Shown: positions 33,835 to 34,794 of the stretch, one piece after another
How positions within the stretch are numbered: position 1 is the first letter of the stretch
Layout: the number at the start of each line of letters is the position of its first letter
Source of the DNA: a virus
Taxonomy: Duplodnaviria; Caudoviricetes
IMG/VR virus record: IMGVR_UViG_3300031227_000208
Span: 1-34,794 of that record
Length of the DNA stretch: 34,794 nt
Strand: one strand, 5' to 3'
Notes under the pieces: model-generated
What the model was told of the DNA's origin: nothing
The model's input: only the letters and a program-made list of their open reading frames with translations
Databases searched by the model: none
Translations under genes and position numbers: made by a program

Positions 33835-34017
33835 AGCAGGGGCAGGATTCGAACCTGCAAAGGGATTCTTCTTTTTAAGGTTAGCTTACGTACTGTAGGA
33901 GTCCAAACCCACATGTGCTTAATTGTCCTAACCTCCCGCCGCTTTTATTTTCGCTGTTGCTGGGGGTCAAAAATATTTCCTCCCTGCGGCAATGTCTACC
34001 AATTCCACCACCCTGCT
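33835..34017 (-). ncRNA. Leu-type tRNA shell with a 133-nt structured insert replacing the anticodon/variable arms
   Basis: Acceptor AGCAGGG/CCCTGCT; D-arm TG-GTG-GAATTGGTAGA-CAT; T-arm GCAGG-TTCGAAT-CCTGC; no encoded CCA. Confidence 0.8.
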
Positions 34018-34020
34018 CCA

Positions 34021-34075
34021 GCTAGCCTTCCAGCCAGCCCGTGAACGTCTTTTCGCACCCCGGCGGAAATGTTCA
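34021..34075 (-). ncRNA. two hairpins between the tRNA mimics
   Basis: GCTGGCT-GGAA-GGCTAGC (GNRA loop, 34038-34021) and TGAAC...GTTCA stem (34075-34042). Confidence 0.5.
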
Positions 34076-34087
34076 TTAAAACCGCAT

Positions 34088-34143
34088 AGGACGTGGCATG
34101 AGTCGAACATGCACCCCTCCGACTAGTGCCCGGGACACGCCCT
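34088..34143 (-). ncRNA. mini tRNA-like RNA (no D-arm) with G3:U70 acceptor pair
   Basis: GGGCGTG/CACGTCC acceptor; GCATG-TTCGACT-CATGC T-arm; only 23 nt between them. Confidence 0.7.
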
Positions 34144-34149
34144 GTATTT

Positions 34150-34653
34150 TCAAGAAAAACAACCTCGCCTAATTAATATTGATCTTATTGTGGAGGTTGG
34201 AATATCATACCTTTTGCTCAATCTCTTATAACCCAAGCCGCTCTTATAGCTTTTACATATACTTGACTCAACCTCATTTGAATATTTTCTTAAAAACGAA
34301 GCAGCTCTTTTCCCATGGACCATCCTTTCTTCTTGTGGAATATCCATCATATTATCGTGCATGCTACCAATAAAAATATTATCTTTTGAATTATTCAAAC
34401 CATTACCATCTAAATGTCTGACAACTATACCATCTTGAAAAAGTTTATCTCCATACTTTTGATATGCAATTATCCTAGCTACTGATATGGGAACCGACGT
34501 TCCCTTATACCCCACATTTACAGTCTCTTTTGTATAATTGTTTATAGTCTTAATTGCTGTTTTTCTTTTTCCTCTAATACCGTAGGTAATCCCATCTTTC
34601 ACGTATAGACCTCTTTCAACAGCCCGCCTTAATGCTTTATTCATCTTACTCAT
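34150..34653 (-). CDS. HNH homing endonuclease 3 (HNH_3 type, C-terminal HTH)
   Basis: VARIIA...VVRHLDGNGLNNSKDNIFIGSMHDNMMD; start at 34653 (GGAGG) or leaderless at 34665; low GC. Confidence 0.9.
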   Translation of the reverse strand: MSKMNKALRRAVERGLYVKDGITYGIRGKRKTAIKTINNYTKETVNVGYKGTSVPISVARIIAYQKYGDKLFQDGIVVRHLDGNGLNNSKDNIFIGSMHDNMMDIPQEERMVHGKRAASFLRKYSNEVESSICKSYKSGLGYKRLSKRYDIPTSTIRSILIRRGCFS

Positions 34654-34672
34654 ATATGCCTCCATTAAGTAT

Positions 34673-34701
34673 AATATAACACTATATGGAGTGGGTGTCA
34701 A
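34673..34701 (-). promoter_or_regulatory. sigma70 promoter of HNH gene 3
   Basis: TTGACA 34701-34696, 17 nt, TGn, TATATT 34678-34673. Confidence 0.75.
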
Positions 34702-34715
34702 TACCATATCCATAA

Positions 34716-34776
34716 AACCCTTGTCCCCGCCGACCTCTCACAAGGTTTACAGCAGGTCGAAACCATTCACAGCCCC
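34716..34776 (-). ncRNA. tmRNA tRNA-like-domain fragment lacking the mRNA-like domain, truncated at the T-loop
   Basis: GGGGCTG-TGAATGGTTTCGA-CCTGCTG-17 nt-CGGCGGG-GAC-AAGGG-TT. Confidence 0.65.
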
Positions 34777-34794
34777 TATTTATACCTCCACACA

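Noticed and set aside
33859-34716. Group I intron in the tmRNA T-loop, with GAATCCCTT near 33860-33868 (- strand) as 3' exon
   Set aside because: It could complete the AAGGG T-stem but is followed by TGCAGG, not CAGCYCC, and no convincing P7 R/S elements were found.

Overview
About 35 kb of a tailed dsDNA phage or prophage (Caudoviricetes). The gene order is P22/T7-style podovirus, with no tape measure, sheath or tube gene. The + strand (197-30174) runs: terS, small accessory ORFs, terL, a repeat-delimited micro-ORF array, FmdB-like Zn ribbon, portal, scaffold, major capsid, tandem paralogous virion genes, adaptor, nozzle, three ejection-type proteins, a beta-helix/LamG tail spike and a lysis-like block with a DUF261-like Cys peptidase (weak hint of a spirochaete host). 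The - strand (30176-34794) carries VRR-NUC, a compact C5 methyltransferase, SSB, replication-type hypotheticals and a structured-RNA region. Three HNH endonuclease genes each carry their own sigma70 promoter. The most unusual observations are four. (1) A - strand cluster of non-canonical tRNA mimics: a tmRNA tRNA-like domain lacking its mRNA part and cut off at the T-loop beside an HNH gene, a D-arm-less G3:U70 mini-tRNA, and a Leu-type tRNA shell with a 133-nt structured insert. (2) An HNH insertion bridged by a 195-codon alternative-frame ORF that duplicates the nozzle N-terminus and could preserve translational coupling. (3) Six micro-ORFs joined by one ~18-bp RBS/stop/start repeat between terL and portal. 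(4) A Prp-type LQHF/A motif on the scaffold. All family calls come from motif recognition by eye; no searches were run.
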